A stretch of DNA of 64,000 bases, taken from NCBI GenBank assembly GCA_963769935.1, contig CAVYNY010000035.1:96001-160000 (forward strand). Direction: 5' to 3'. The first letter of the stretch is position 1; each line of letters opens with the position of its first letter. The position numbers and the translations under genes are program-made. The notes under the pieces were generated by a model, which saw nothing but the letters and a program-made list of their open reading frames with translations, was not told the origin of the DNA and did not search any database. Origin of the DNA: an uncultured delta proteobacterium (GTDB lineage: Bacteria > Desulfobacterota > Desulfobacteria > Desulfobacterales > JAFDCJ01). Shown one piece after another: positions 20,681 through 31,691 of the stretch.

Positions 20681-20760
20681 GGAGTAGTGGAGTACTGGAG
20701 TGTTGGAATGTTGGAAATGATCCTCACCATTACTCCAATTCTCCATTACTCCATCACTCC
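20681..20760. repeat. Octamer-tandem inverted repeat (GGAGTAnT family), copy 2
   Basis: GGAGTAGTGGAGTACTGGAG followed by CCATTACTCCAATTCTCCATTACTCCATCACTCC. Confidence 0.75.
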
Positions 20761-20826
20761 GGTTTCTTAAGATTCCGGATTTTTTCTGTCACATCCAAAT
20801 TTATACTAAATTAAGGAGATGGTCTC

Positions 20827-23250
20827 ATGCAAGACAGCACCCGGGTCGTAATTATCGGCGGCGGCATTATCGGCTGCAGCACGGCCTATCATCTGACCCA
20901 GATGGGCTGGCAGGATGTCGTCATCCTTGAAAAAGGCGAGTTGACCAGCGGATCGACCTGGCATGCGGCCGGCCTGGTGGGGCAACTGCGATCGGAGCGC
21001 AATATTACCCGCATGCTGCAGTACAGCGTCAGCCTTTATGATAAACTGGAAGCGGAAACCGGTCTGGCAACCGGCTGGAAAATGAGCGGCTGCCTGCATC
21101 TGGCCGGCACGCGGGAGCGAATGTACGAACTGCAAAAAGGCGCCACCACCGCGCGCAGCTTCGGACTTGAGATGAACATGATCACCCCCGAGGAAGCTTA
21201 CGACCTCTGCCCGATTATTTCCCTGGACGGCATTATCGGGGCGGCCTTTATGCCCACCGACGGGCAGGCCGACCCCGCCGGTATCACCCAGGCCCTTGCC
21301 AAAGGCGCCCGCAGCCGCGGGGCGGCAATTTACGAGCATACATTGGTTACCGGTTTTGAATTCAACAAAAAGCGGGTGTCTTCCGTGAAAACCGACAAGG
21401 GCGATATCCGGTGTGAGATCGTGGTCAATTGCACCGGAATGTGGGGCCATCAGCTTGGGCAGATGCTGGGCGTCAATACGCCGGTGGTACCCTTTCAGCA
21501 CCAGTACCTGGTTACGGAGCAGATTGAAGGGCTGTCGCCGAACTTGCCCACCATCCGCGACAAGGACAGCCTGATTTACTACAAGGAGGAAGTCGGCGGT
21601 CTGGTGATGGGCGGCTACGAGCGCAACGGCATTGCCTGGGGGATCGACGGGGTCGCCAATGACTTCAATTCGCAGCTGCTGGAACCGAACTTCGATCATT
21701 TTCAGCAGCTCTCGGATCCGGCCATGCAGCGGACGCCGTGCCTGGCGCAAGCCGGGATTGCCAGACTGGTAAACGGCCCGGAAGGCTTTACCCCGGACGG
21801 CGATGCCATCCTGGGTCCGGCGCCGGAACTGGACAATGTGTTTGTGGCCGTGGGGTTTAATGCCTTCGGAATCGCCGCCGGCGGCGGCGCCGGCCGTATG
21901 ATGGCCGAGTGGATTATCGAGGGCGAGCCGAGCCTGAATATCTGGCCGCTGGATATTCGCCGCTTCGGACCGCACCACCGCAGCCGGGCCTACAATGTTG
22001 CCAGAACCGGAGAGCTTTACGGCAAGCATTACACCATCCACTGGCCCCATGAGGAACATGACGCCGCCCGCGGGGTAAGACGCAGTCCGCTATATTTCCC
22101 CTTGAAAGAAAAGGGTGCGGTATACGGCGCCAAATACGGCTGGGAACGTGCCAACTGGTTTGCTCCGCCGGGTGTGGCACCCCAGGATGATCATACTTTT
22201 GAAATTCCCAACTGGTTTGACCATGTGGCCGCCGAGCATAAAAATGCCCGGGAAAACGTGGTGCTGGTCGATCAATCCTCCTTCAGCAAGTTCGAAGTGG
22301 AAGGCCCCGGTGCATTGGCTTTTTTGAATAGACTATGCGCCAACCAGATCGATAAACCTGTCGGCAAGGTTGTCTACAGCCAGATGTGCAACGCCAGGGG
22401 TACTATCGAGGTCGACTTAACCATCGGGCGGCTGGACCAGGACCGCTTTTTGCTGGTTGTGGGCACCGCCTTTGGATTGCGCGCTTTCGGGTGGCTAAAA
22501 AATCACCTGCCGTCCGACGGTTCGGTGGCAGTCAAGGAGATGACATCGGCCTACGCGGTCATTAATGTCATCGGCCCAAAATCAAGAAAACTGCTGCAGA
22601 AATTGACATCGGCCGACTTAAGCAATGAAGGCTTTGCCTTCGGTACCTGCAAAATATTTGCCGTCGGGTATGCTCCGGTCATGGCGTATCGCGTCACCTA
22701 CGTCGGGGAGCTGGGATATGAGCTTTACATACCGGCCGAATTTGCCGTCCAGGTCTATGAGTCTCTCTGGGAGGCCGGTCAGGATCTCGGCATCAAAAAC
22801 GCGGGTTATCGTACCATCGCCTCCCTGCATCTGGAAAAAGGCTACGCCGACTGGGGGTCGGAGCTAACTCCGGAGTATACCCCCTTCGATGCGGGCCTTG
22901 GGTTCTGTGTGGCGCTTGAAAAAGACGATTTTATCGGCAAACAAGCGCTGGCGAAGATCAAAACCGAAGGACCCAAATTGAGGCTTTGCACGTTTACCCT
23001 GGAGACCGGCCGGCCGTTGATGCTCCATGGCAGTGCGCCGATTATTTATAATGGCAAAGTTCTGGGTGTTGTAACCAGTTCCGGGTACGGCCATACCGTT
23101 AAGAAAAACATTTGCTATGGTTATATTGCTGTGGCAGATATGCGGCGGGATGAAGATTACGCGATTGAAGCTTTTCAGCAGGTGTATAAGGCCAGACTGG
23201 AACCCAGCCGGGTCCTGTATGATCCGGAAAGAAAGAAGATCCTGATGTAA
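20827..23250 (+). CDS. FAD-dependent oxidoreductase fused to a GcvT folate-binding domain (dimethylglycine/sarcosine dehydrogenase family)
   Basis: GGGIIG, STWHAAGL (covalent-FAD His motif), NGPEGFTPDG, GWERANWF, YVGELGYEL, LEKGY. 807 aa. Confidence 0.9.
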   Translation: MQDSTRVVIIGGGIIGCSTAYHLTQMGWQDVVILEKGELTSGSTWHAAGLVGQLRSERNITRMLQYSVSLYDKLEAETGLATGWKMSGCLHLAGTRERMYELQKGATTARSFGLEMNMITPEEAYDLCPIISLDGIIGAAFMPTDGQADPAGITQALAKGARSRGAAIYEHTLVTGFEFNKKRVSSVKTDKGDIRCEIVVNCTGMWGHQLGQMLGVNTPVVPFQHQYLVTEQIEGLSPNLPTIRDKDSLIYYKEEVGGLVMGGYERNGIAWGIDGVANDFNSQLLEPNFDHFQQLSDPAMQRTPCLAQAGIARLVNGPEGFTPDGDAILGPAPELDNVFVAVGFNAFGIAAGGGAGRMMAEWIIEGEPSLNIWPLDIRRFGPHHRSRAYNVARTGELYGKHYTIHWPHEEHDAARGVRRSPLYFPLKEKGAVYGAKYGWERANWFAPPGVAPQDDHTFEIPNWFDHVAAEHKNARENVVLVDQSSFSKFEVEGPGALAFLNRLCANQIDKPVGKVVYSQMCNARGTIEVDLTIGRLDQDRFLLVVGTAFGLRAFGWLKNHLPSDGSVAVKEMTSAYAVINVIGPKSRKLLQKLTSADLSNEGFAFGTCKIFAVGYAPVMAYRVTYVGELGYELYIPAEFAVQVYESLWEAGQDLGIKNAGYRTIASLHLEKGYADWGSELTPEYTPFDAGLGFCVALEKDDFIGKQALAKIKTEGPKLRLCTFTLETGRPLMLHGSAPIIYNGKVLGVVTSSGYGHTVKKNICYGYIAVADMRRDEDYAIEAFQQVYKARLEPSRVLYDPERKKILM

Positions 23251-23377
23251 TCCGATTGCTTTAAATTGCAGTTGGAAGTTATTTGTTATTTGTAGAATAG
23301 AGATAGGATTTGTTAAGTATATGATCAATATTATCATGACAAAGCCTGAAATGGGTCCTGTGAAAGGAGAATAAAGG

Positions 23378-25404
23378 ATGAAAAAAGGTTCAGCGACAAA
23401 AAAGACCGGCCTCGATGCCCTTTGTATCAACACGATTAGAACCCTGGCAATGGATGCGGTGCAGGCGGCCAACTCCGGCCACCCGGGAGCACCCATGGGG
23501 CTGGCTCCCGCCGCCTATGTGTTGTGGACCCGGGTAATGAAGCACAATCCTGAAAATCCGGCCTGGGTCGATCGTGATCGTTTTGTGCTCTCGGCGGGCC
23601 ACGCCTCCATGCTGCTCTATAGCCTGCTCTTTCTGACCGGCTATGACGTCAGCCTGGATGAGATCAAAAATTTTCGCCAGTGGGGCAGCAAAACACCCGG
23701 CCATCCGGAATACGGTCATACACCGGGCGTTGAGACCACCACCGGTCCCCTGGGACAGGGGTTTTCCAATGCGGTGGGCATGGCCATGGCGGAGAGCCAT
23801 CTGGCGGCGAAATTCAATCGCGGCAGCCAGCAAGATCGTCGACCACTACACCTATATCATTTGCGGTGACGGCGACTTGATGGAAGGCATTAGTTCGGAA
23901 GCGGCATCCCTGGCGGGACATCTCGGACTGGGCAAGCTGATCTGCATCTACGATGACAACAAGATCTCCATCGAGGGCGGGACCGATCTGGCGTTTACCG
24001 AGGATGTCGCGGCTCGTTTCCAGGCCTACAACTGGCATGTCGTGCGGGTCAACGACGGCAACGATATTGCAGCCATCGAGCAGGCGCTCAAAGAGGCCCG
24101 GGCGGAAGCGGCGAAGCCGTCGCTGATCGTAACGCGCACCCACATCGCTTACGGCAGCCCCAACAAGCAGGATTCCCACGATGCCCACGGCGCGCCGCTG
24201 GGCGAGGAAGAAGTGCGCCTGACCAAAGAAAATCTCGGCTGGCCGGCCGATAAGACATTTTACGTTCCGGCAGCAGGCGCTCAAAGCATTTCGCAAATGC
24301 GCTCGACAAAGGCCGCAAGGCCGAGGCCGCCTGGCAAAAAAAGTTTACGGCCTATGCCGCTAAGCATCCCGCGGCAGCCGAAGAATGGCAGGCGGCCATA
24401 GCCAACAAGCTGGTCAAGGGATGGGATGCCGCGAGTGCCGAATTTTGAGGACGGCAAGCCGATTGCCACGCGGGCTGCTTCGGGCAAGGTGCTCAACGCC
24501 CTGGCAGAAAAACTGCCCACCCTGATCGGCGGGTCGGCCGATCTGGCGCCTTCCAACAACACCCTGCTTAAATCGTCATTCGATTTTCAGAAGGGCTCCT
24601 ACGATGGGCGCAATATTCATTTCGGTGTGCGGGAGCATGCCATGGGGGCGATACTTTCCGGCCTGGCGCTTCACAAAGGCGTTCGCCCTTACGGCGGAAC
24701 GTTTCTGGTGTTTTCCGACTACTGCCGGCCGGCCATCCGTCTGGCGTCGCTGATGAAGCTGCCGGTCATCTACGTCTTTACCCATGACAGTGTCGCCTTG
24801 GGCGAAGACGGCCCGACGCATCAACCGGTGGAGCATCTGGCGGCCTTGAGGGCCATTCCCGGGTTGACGGTTATTCGGCCGGCGGATGCCACCGAAACCG
24901 CGGCGGCCTGGCGGGTGGCCCTTAAAACCCCCAATGCGCCGGTGGCCCTGATCCTAACCCGTCAGAACCTGCCGGTGCTTGACCGGAAACTGTATCCCTC
25001 GGCGAGCGCTCTGGCCAAGGGCGGATATGTCCTGGCGGATTCAAAGGGCACGCCGGATGTGATCCTGATCGGCAGCGGTTCGGAGGTGCATCTGTGCCTG
25101 GAAGCCCAGGGGCTTTTGGCCAAACAGGGTGTGGCCGCCAGGGTGGTGAGCCTGCCCAGCTGGGAACTATTTGAAAAGGCGTCCCAAAGCTACCGGGACA
25201 AAGTGCTGCCCCCGTCGGTGACCGTCAGGGTAGCGGTTGAAGCCGGAGCCGGCTTTGGCTGGGAGCGATATGTCGGCCGCAAGGGAGGCGATCATCGGGA
25301 TCAACCGCTTCGGTGCCTCGGCCCCCGGCGGGACCGTCATGGAAAAATACGGCATGAAGGCTTCGGCGGTTGTTTCCAAAGCCATGAGTCTATTGAAGGG
25401 CTGA
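23378..25404 (+). CDS. tkt: Transketolase, split by about five apparent +1 insertions
   Basis: [52 protein letters not shown], spread across ORFs 23378, 23643 and 24426. Confidence 0.88.
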
Positions 25405-25466
25405 GCAGCCTTCTTTTCACAATGTTTTAAAGCGTAATACTTGCGACGCGTTTCGCAACTTGCTTC

Positions 25467-25498
25467 AAAAGCCGGCGCCTTGTGCGTGCCGGCTTTTT
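25467..25498 (+). terminator. Rho-independent terminator after tkt
   Basis: AAAAGCCGGC-loop-GCCGGCTTTTT. Confidence 0.75.
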
Positions 25499-25773
25499 CT
25501 ATTGATTCCTGCCACTATTATCTTTTTTCAAACGGAGGCGCGACATGAGTCTTCCGGACTACAACAATCCATAATTTCTAATACTTATGATTGAAGAAAA
25601 GACCTCTGCAGATACAGACTGTTTTGTCAGATATGTGGCCAGACACACAGAATATCAGCCGGCCGGTCAAACTGCGATATGTCTGACGTATCTGTATTTT
25701 ATGGATTTTACAAAACTCAATATATCACAACGTGGTTGATTTTTGGTTTTCTGGCATGTTATGAGAACCAATT

Positions 25774-27625
25774 ATGAATCAGCACTCTTTGTCTGAAAAA
25801 AAGATAAGGCAGGCCGTGGAAGAATGGCAGGCCACATTTGATGCCATTCCGGACCTTGTCTCGATCATTGACCGCGATTTCCGGCTCCGAGCAGTGAACA
25901 GAGCCTTCACGAATGCCTTCAAGATGAAGCCTGAGGATCTTCTGGGGAAGAAGTGCCACGAGATCATGCATCACACCGCAGAGCCCTGGCCGGATTGTCC
26001 CCACAGGCAATCGAACGCAAGCAACTGCGTCGTGACAGAGGAATTCCTGGAACCGCGCCTGGGGCTGTTCCTGCAAGTCACCTGCTCGCCGATCCGAAAT
26101 GAACGGGGCGAGCCCGTCGGTACGGTCCACATTGCCAGGGACATCACGGAACGGAAGAAAGCAGAGGATGCCCTGCGGCAAGCACGTGAAGGTATTCAAA
26201 AGCAGGTGGACAGGCAAACGGAAGCGCTTACCCGCGCAAACGAGGATCTGACCGCTTCCATTGAACGAATGCGTAGCGAAATGGAGAAACGCGAAGCAGC
26301 CGAGTCGGCTATGAAAGAGCAGTTGCGATTCGAGAGGCTGCTGGCGGAAATTTCGACATTCTTTATCAATCTCCCTGCCGACCGGATCGACAGCGAAATT
26401 GAAGCCGCCCAGCGCCGCGTCTGCGAGTTCCTCGATCTTGATCGCTCCTCACTTTTCCAGGCCGATGAAGAAGATCCCGAGACGCTGATGATGACCCATT
26501 TTCATCAGCCTCCGGGAAGTCGGATACCTCCGGAGCGGGTGAGTTTGAAGGAATTCTTTCCCTGGTCGCTGCCGAAGGTTTTGGGCGGAGAAACGATCAC
26601 GATTTCGAAAATGACCGATCTCCCGGCGGAAGCCGGCCGCGACCGGGAGACTTTCGGCCTCTACGGCACCCGGTCCGTCGTGGTCGCCCCGTTAGCGGTA
26701 GGAACAAGGGGAGTATTTGGCCTGTTGACCTTTGCGGTCATGCGGGAGGAAAGAGAATGGACGCAAACGGACAGCACGGTCCTCATCCTCGGTGAAACCG
26801 GCACCGGAAAAGAGCTGCTGGCCAGAGCAATCCATCGCATGAGCGACCGCAACGCCAGGCCCCTGGTGACCGTTAACTGCGCATCCCTGCCGCCCGCGCT
26901 CATTGAAAGCGAACTTTTCGGCCGGGAAAAAGGCGCTTACACCGGGGCTTTGACCCAGATGATCGGCCGTTTCGAGATTGCCGATCAGTCCACCCTCTTT
27001 CTCGATGAGATCGGTGAAATCCCCCTGGAATTGCAGAGCAAGCTGCTCAGAGTCCTCGAGGCCGGCAGGTTCGAGCGGCTGGGATCCACCAAGACCCTGC
27101 AGGTGAATGTCCGCATTATTGCCGCCACCAACCGAGACCTTGCCCAGGCGGTTCAGGCAGACGGATTCAGGAAGGATCTGTTTTACCGGCTAAATGTATT
27201 TCCCATTGTGATGCCGCCCCTGCGCGAGCATCCCGACGATACTCCCTCTCATGGTCTGGTCGTTTGTCAAGGAGTTTCAAAAAAAGATGGGAAGGCGGAT
27301 CGAACATATTCCCAAAGATATCATGCAAAAACTGCAATCCCATGGCTGGCCGGGAAACGTCAGGGAACTGCGGAACGTGATCGAACGCGCCATGATCATG
27401 AGCACCGGGGAAACTCTGGTTGTTGACCTGGCCGAATTTTCATCCTCCCAAACAAAGGCGGCCGGTGAACTCGAGAATATGGAGCGCAGTTACATCACGG
27501 CCGTGCTGGCGAAGGCCGGCTGGCGCGTCGGCGGAAAGGGCGGCGCGGCCGAAATCCTGGGTCTGAACCGAACGACCTTGTATTCTAAAATAAAGAAATT
27601 GGGCATCCATCGTCCGAATCCCTGA
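25774..27625 (+). CDS. Sigma54-dependent regulator (PAS, partial GAF, AAA+, HTH) with an internal deletion near 26760 and a frameshift near 27243
   Basis: [40 protein letters not shown]. Second frame carries [10 protein letters not shown] and a Fis-type HTH. Confidence 0.85.
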
Positions 27626-27758
27626 TGTCGAAATAAAAACATTTTTGTCGGCATATCAACAGTCACCGGCTTCCATTCACTGCGCCCAAGAATCGCCATT
27701 TCAAAAAAATCATATCATTCCAAAATCTTATCTGTAAAATCGCATGTCATTAGCCCTA

Positions 27759-27774
27759 TGGCATGCATTTCGCT
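27759..27774 (+). promoter_or_regulatory. Sigma54 -24/-12 promoter
   Basis: TGGCATGCATTTCGCT has GG-N10-GC spacing. Candidate enhancer sites TGTCG...AACA at 27627-27661. Confidence 0.7.
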
Positions 27775-27845
27775 AAAGCAGCCGGCTATCAGGCGCTTGG
27801 CTGATTCTTTTACAATTCCCACTGCCGGAACAGGAGAGGAGATGA

Positions 27846-28193
27846 ATGCTGATGGTTTTCGCAACTGTGAGGATGACATTTTCTAAAAAAAACATTTGTG
27901 AAGCGATGAATTTCCTCCGATCGATCGCAGAGCGGAGCAACGTGCAACCGGGGTGTCTCAGCTGCGGGATCTACCGCAACGGGCAAGACGATAACATTCT
28001 CAAATTCGAGCAACTGTGGAGTGACCAGGGCAATCTGGACAATTATCTGCGGTCGGAGGAATACCGGCAACTGCTCCTGGTTATGGAGATGGCAATCGAA
28101 CAGCCGGAGATTCGGTTCGATACCATAGCGCATTCGACGGGGATCGAGACGATAGAAAAGGCCAGAAGATATACCGAGGGAAACTTATTATGA
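27846..28193 (+). CDS. ABM / putative quinol monooxygenase family protein
   Basis: PGCLSC, EQLWSD..L..YLRSEEYR pattern. RBS GAGGAG. Confidence 0.75.
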   Translation: MLMVFATVRMTFSKKNICEAMNFLRSIAERSNVQPGCLSCGIYRNGQDDNILKFEQLWSDQGNLDNYLRSEEYRQLLLVMEMAIEQPEIRFDTIAHSTGIETIEKARRYTEGNLL

Positions 28194-28199
28194 ATTACA

Positions 28200-28436
28200 G
28201 ACGAAGCGGTGACCTGGTGCCGGAAGGCGTCGGACCTCAGCCCTCAGGAGCCGAGGTATGCTTATACCCTGGCCTTCTATCTGAACCAGCAGGGCGACAA
28301 GGATGCGGCGGCCAGGACCTTGCAAACGCTCCTCGCCCGGTATCCGCAGCACCAGGATGCCGAGAGGCTGCTGAGGGAAATATCAAGGCAGGGGCACCAT
28401 GAAGAAAGGAATCGGGAAGATGAAACAGAACGATAG
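28200..28436 (+). pseudogene. C-terminal fragment of a TPR protein
   Basis: DEAVTWCRKASDLSPQEPRYAYTLAFYLNQQGD..AARTLQTLLARYP begins abruptly after the ABM stop. Confidence 0.6.
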
Positions 28437-28980
28437 ACCCTTTTGCCGGTTGAAAAGCGCGCTGGGCGTCGTCGCAATGGGGATCGTGCTCGCCGCAGCT
28501 TCCATTGCATCCGCCGCGGAAACACCGCGCCGGCCGAACATCGTCATCATCCTCGGCGACGACCTGGGATTCGCCGACATGGGCGCCTTCGGCAGCGAGA
28601 TGAAGACGCCGAACCTTGATTCGCTGGCCAGCGACGGCGTGCGCTTTACCAACTTCTACACGCACGCGAGCTGCTCGCCCACGCGGTCTGTGCTGCTGAG
28701 CGGCGTCGATACACACCTGAACGGCCTGGGCAACATGGACGAGTGGACTGCGCCCAACCAGTGGGGCGAGGACGGCTACGAGGGCTACCTCAACAACCGG
28801 GTGGCCACGCTGCCGCAGCTGCTCAAGGATGCCGGCTATCACACCTACATGGTCGGCAAGTGGCATCTGGGCAAGACGCCTGCCCAGATCCCGGCCGCCC
28901 GCGGATTCGAGCGCGATTTCTCGCTGCTCGAAGGGGCGGGCAGCTACTGGGACATGACGAATTTTACGGCCGCTTCTCCC
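28399..28980 (+). pseudogene. N-terminal fragment of an arylsulfatase
   Basis: Signal peptide, RPNIVIILGDDLG, CSPTR formylglycine motif, GKWHLG. Similarity ends at about NFTAASP. Confidence 0.8.
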
Positions 28981-29443
28981 CTGCCGTTTGTCCACCGCGT
29001 CGTCTTCATCTCGACGCCCCACCGCGGCAGTCACTTTACCGGGGGGTATATCAGCGCTCTGCTGAGACGTCTGATTTCGCTGCCCGGCGCGGCTTTTAAG
29101 CCCGCTCGAGGAGGTTTTCCAAAGGCGCCCCGAGGCCCTCACGGCGCGTGCGATGGGGACTGAAATCCCGCGCAGCACCGACAATATGAGCCCCGACAGC
29201 CCATTCGTCAAAACATTTTCGTCGATCCCGATTGCGCCGGGCGTCATCGCCCACTCCATCATTGCCGTGGCCAACCCCGAAGACCCGAAGGCAGACTGGG
29301 ATGACGGGGTGGTGCCTTACAGCAGCGCCCACATCGACGGTGTGGCCTCCGAGCTCGTCGTCCACTCCGGCCACTCCGCGCAGGAATCGGCCTTGGCCAT
29401 CGAGGAGGTGCGCCGGATCCTCGTTGAGAATCTCAAGAACTGA
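28981..29443 (+). pseudogene. C-terminal fragment of an alpha/beta hydrolase
   Basis: LPFVHRVVFISTPHRGS, then DDGVVPYSSAH, SGHSAQ, IEEVRRIL. The N-terminal part is absent. Confidence 0.7.
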
Positions 29444-29454
29444 GGAGGCAGACG

Positions 29455-30459
29455 ATGGTGAAAATTTTTAAGTACGCCGGGGTATTCATTTGCGCCGCAG
29501 CCGTCATCCTCATGACAGCCTGGGGGGCCTTGGCGATCTGGTATTCGGACCTTGCGGGGGGCTATGCGCGTGCCGGCCTGGCCGGCCTGTTTGTGCTGGC
29601 GACCCTGCTGGCGTTTGTCTTTTTTCGCGGACGGCTGCGGACCCTGGCCGGGTTTCTCGTGGTCTTTGGCGGCATCGCGGCCTGGTGGTTGAGCATTCCG
29701 GCCTCGAACGACCGCGCCTGGCAGCCGGACGTGGCCGTTCTGCCCTACGCCACGGTCAAGGGTGAGCAGGTAACGATCCACAACATCCGCAACCTGAACT
29801 ACCGGACCGAGACGGACTTCGACGTGCGCTGCTACGACAAGACCTTCGACCTCAACCGGTTGGACTCGGTTGATCTGATTGCGGTCTACTGGATGGGGGA
29901 TGCAATCGCTCACATCATGGTTAGTTTCGGCTTCGAGGAGAATGACTTCGTAGCCTTTTCCATAGAGACACGCAAGGAGAAAGGCGAGGGGTACTCGACC
30001 CTCAAAGGTTTCTTTAAACAGTATGAGCTTACCTATGTCGTCGCTGATGAACGCGATCTTATCCGGTTGCGCACGGATTACCGCAACCCGCCGGAGGACG
30101 TCTACCTCTACCGGGGCCATATGACGCCGGACAACTCTCGTAAGTTCTTCATGGAGTATGTGCGTCAGATCAACTCCCTGAAGGAAAATCCCGAATGGTA
30201 CAATACGCTCACCACGAACTGCACCACGGACGTGGTTCGGCTCAACCGCGCCTATGGCGGTAAAGCGCGCTACAACTGGAAGGTGCTGTTCTCCGGCTAC
30301 GCCCCGCAATATGCATACGAAAACGGATCACTCGATACGCGCATCCCCTTCGAGGAGCTGCGCAAAAGGAGCTACATCAACCCTAAAGTGCACGCCATCG
30401 GCGACGATCCGCAATTTTCGCGTAAAATCCGCGAGGGACTGCCAAGACAGGAGGACTAA
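29455..30459 (+). CDS. DUF4105 (Lnb-like) membrane protein
   Basis: Three N-terminal TMs, HNIRN, AHIMVSFGF, SIETRKE, YNTLTTNCTT. Confidence 0.8.
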   Translation: MVKIFKYAGVFICAAAVILMTAWGALAIWYSDLAGGYARAGLAGLFVLATLLAFVFFRGRLRTLAGFLVVFGGIAAWWLSIPASNDRAWQPDVAVLPYATVKGEQVTIHNIRNLNYRTETDFDVRCYDKTFDLNRLDSVDLIAVYWMGDAIAHIMVSFGFEENDFVAFSIETRKEKGEGYSTLKGFFKQYELTYVVADERDLIRLRTDYRNPPEDVYLYRGHMTPDNSRKFFMEYVRQINSLKENPEWYNTLTTNCTTDVVRLNRAYGGKARYNWKVLFSGYAPQYAYENGSLDTRIPFEELRKRSYINPKVHAIGDDPQFSRKIREGLPRQED

Positions 30460-30555
30460 GTGCACCCAAATAGCGATTGCTTTTTTGCTTAATATCAGCT
30501 AACTAAGGACTTTAAATTTACTTAACTATCAAGGAGTCAAAACAGAAAGGAGAAC

Positions 30556-31387
30556 TTGATGAAAAGGCATTTTTTAATGGCTATTATTTTCAGCGTCATT
30601 TTGGCGGCAGCCCCTGCTTTATCCGGCCAGGCGTGGGCCCAGCAACTCGATCTGGAGGTAGAAAACCCGGCTGAAGCTCATGCTGCGGGCCAGACGGCGG
30701 TGTCTGTCGGTCTGGGGCCGGGGATCGCCCCGGATTACGAAGGATCATCGGACTATAAGGCCGTTCCGATACCCTTTGTGTCGGTCAGATTCAGCAATGA
30801 CATGTCCATTCAGTGGATTGCCAATCTGGCGCGCGCCGATCTTATTCCCGACCGCACCTGGATGGGTGGGCCTATGGTGCAATATATCCAGAAAAGAGAC
30901 AATGTCGACAACAATAAAGTGGACAAGCTGGACAGTGTCGACGCCTCTCTGATGGCCGGCGGCTTTTTCGGCATCCGGTTTGATCAATTCAGCCTCAGCC
31001 TGGAAGCCATGCAGGATATTGCCGACGGCAACGACGGGGCGATTGTAAGGCTCAGAGGGGGCTATCATATAAAGATCAACAATGAGTGGAATACGTCGCT
31101 CAACGCTTTTACGACCTGGGCCAGCGAGGATTACATGGATGCGTATTTCGGGATCAATCAAAGCAATGCCAATAAAAGCGGACTGAAGACCTTATGACGC
31201 CGATGCGGGCATCAAGGATGTGGGGATTTCCCTGCCGGTTACCTACAGCCCGTGGGAGCATTGGAGCATCCTGGGGGCGGTGGCTTATAAACGGCTGGTG
31301 GGGGATGCGGCGGACAGCCCGGTGGTGGACGATGAAGGCGACGCCAACCAGTTTATCGGCGGGATGGTTCTCATCTATCGCTTTTAA
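30556..31387 (+). CDS. MipA/OmpV family outer-membrane protein, +1 frameshift near 31192
   Basis: Signal peptide, APDYEGSSDY, YMDAYFGI. The next frame gives RLVGDAADSPVV and a terminal YRF. Confidence 0.8.
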
Positions 31388-31431
31388 GCAGTTCGGATAA
31401 GTTGGAGACGGAGCACAACGGAGAACGCCGA

Positions 31432-31571
31432 TGTTGGGTTTCGCCCTGAGGAATCCATATCGGCGTAAAAGCTTGATTGCTGTAGGTTGGGTTGATCAGC
31501 CGCAGGCGGACAACATTATCCGTCGGGCTCAACCCAACCTACCCGCAATCCGGCCTCTTCGTCCGGCACTA
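31432..31571. repeat. Dispersed ~140-bp REP/MITE-like element, copy 2
   Basis: Aligns with 16130-16269. GTAGGTTGGGTTGA (31482) / TCAACCCAACCTAC (31529). Confidence 0.85.
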
Positions 31572-31691
31572 ATTAAAAACAAAGACCGAAAATCGGACTA
31601 CCCGTCTACACCATGGCCGGGACCGCTTCCCGCCCGGAGGGTTTACGGACCGTCGTCCTGCCTATCAAGTCGATGGAAAATAGACTTACCC

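Noticed and set aside
23378..25404. Programmed frameshifting or a naturally split transketolase
   Set aside because: No slippery sites are evident. Several scattered +1 insertions fit sequencing error better.
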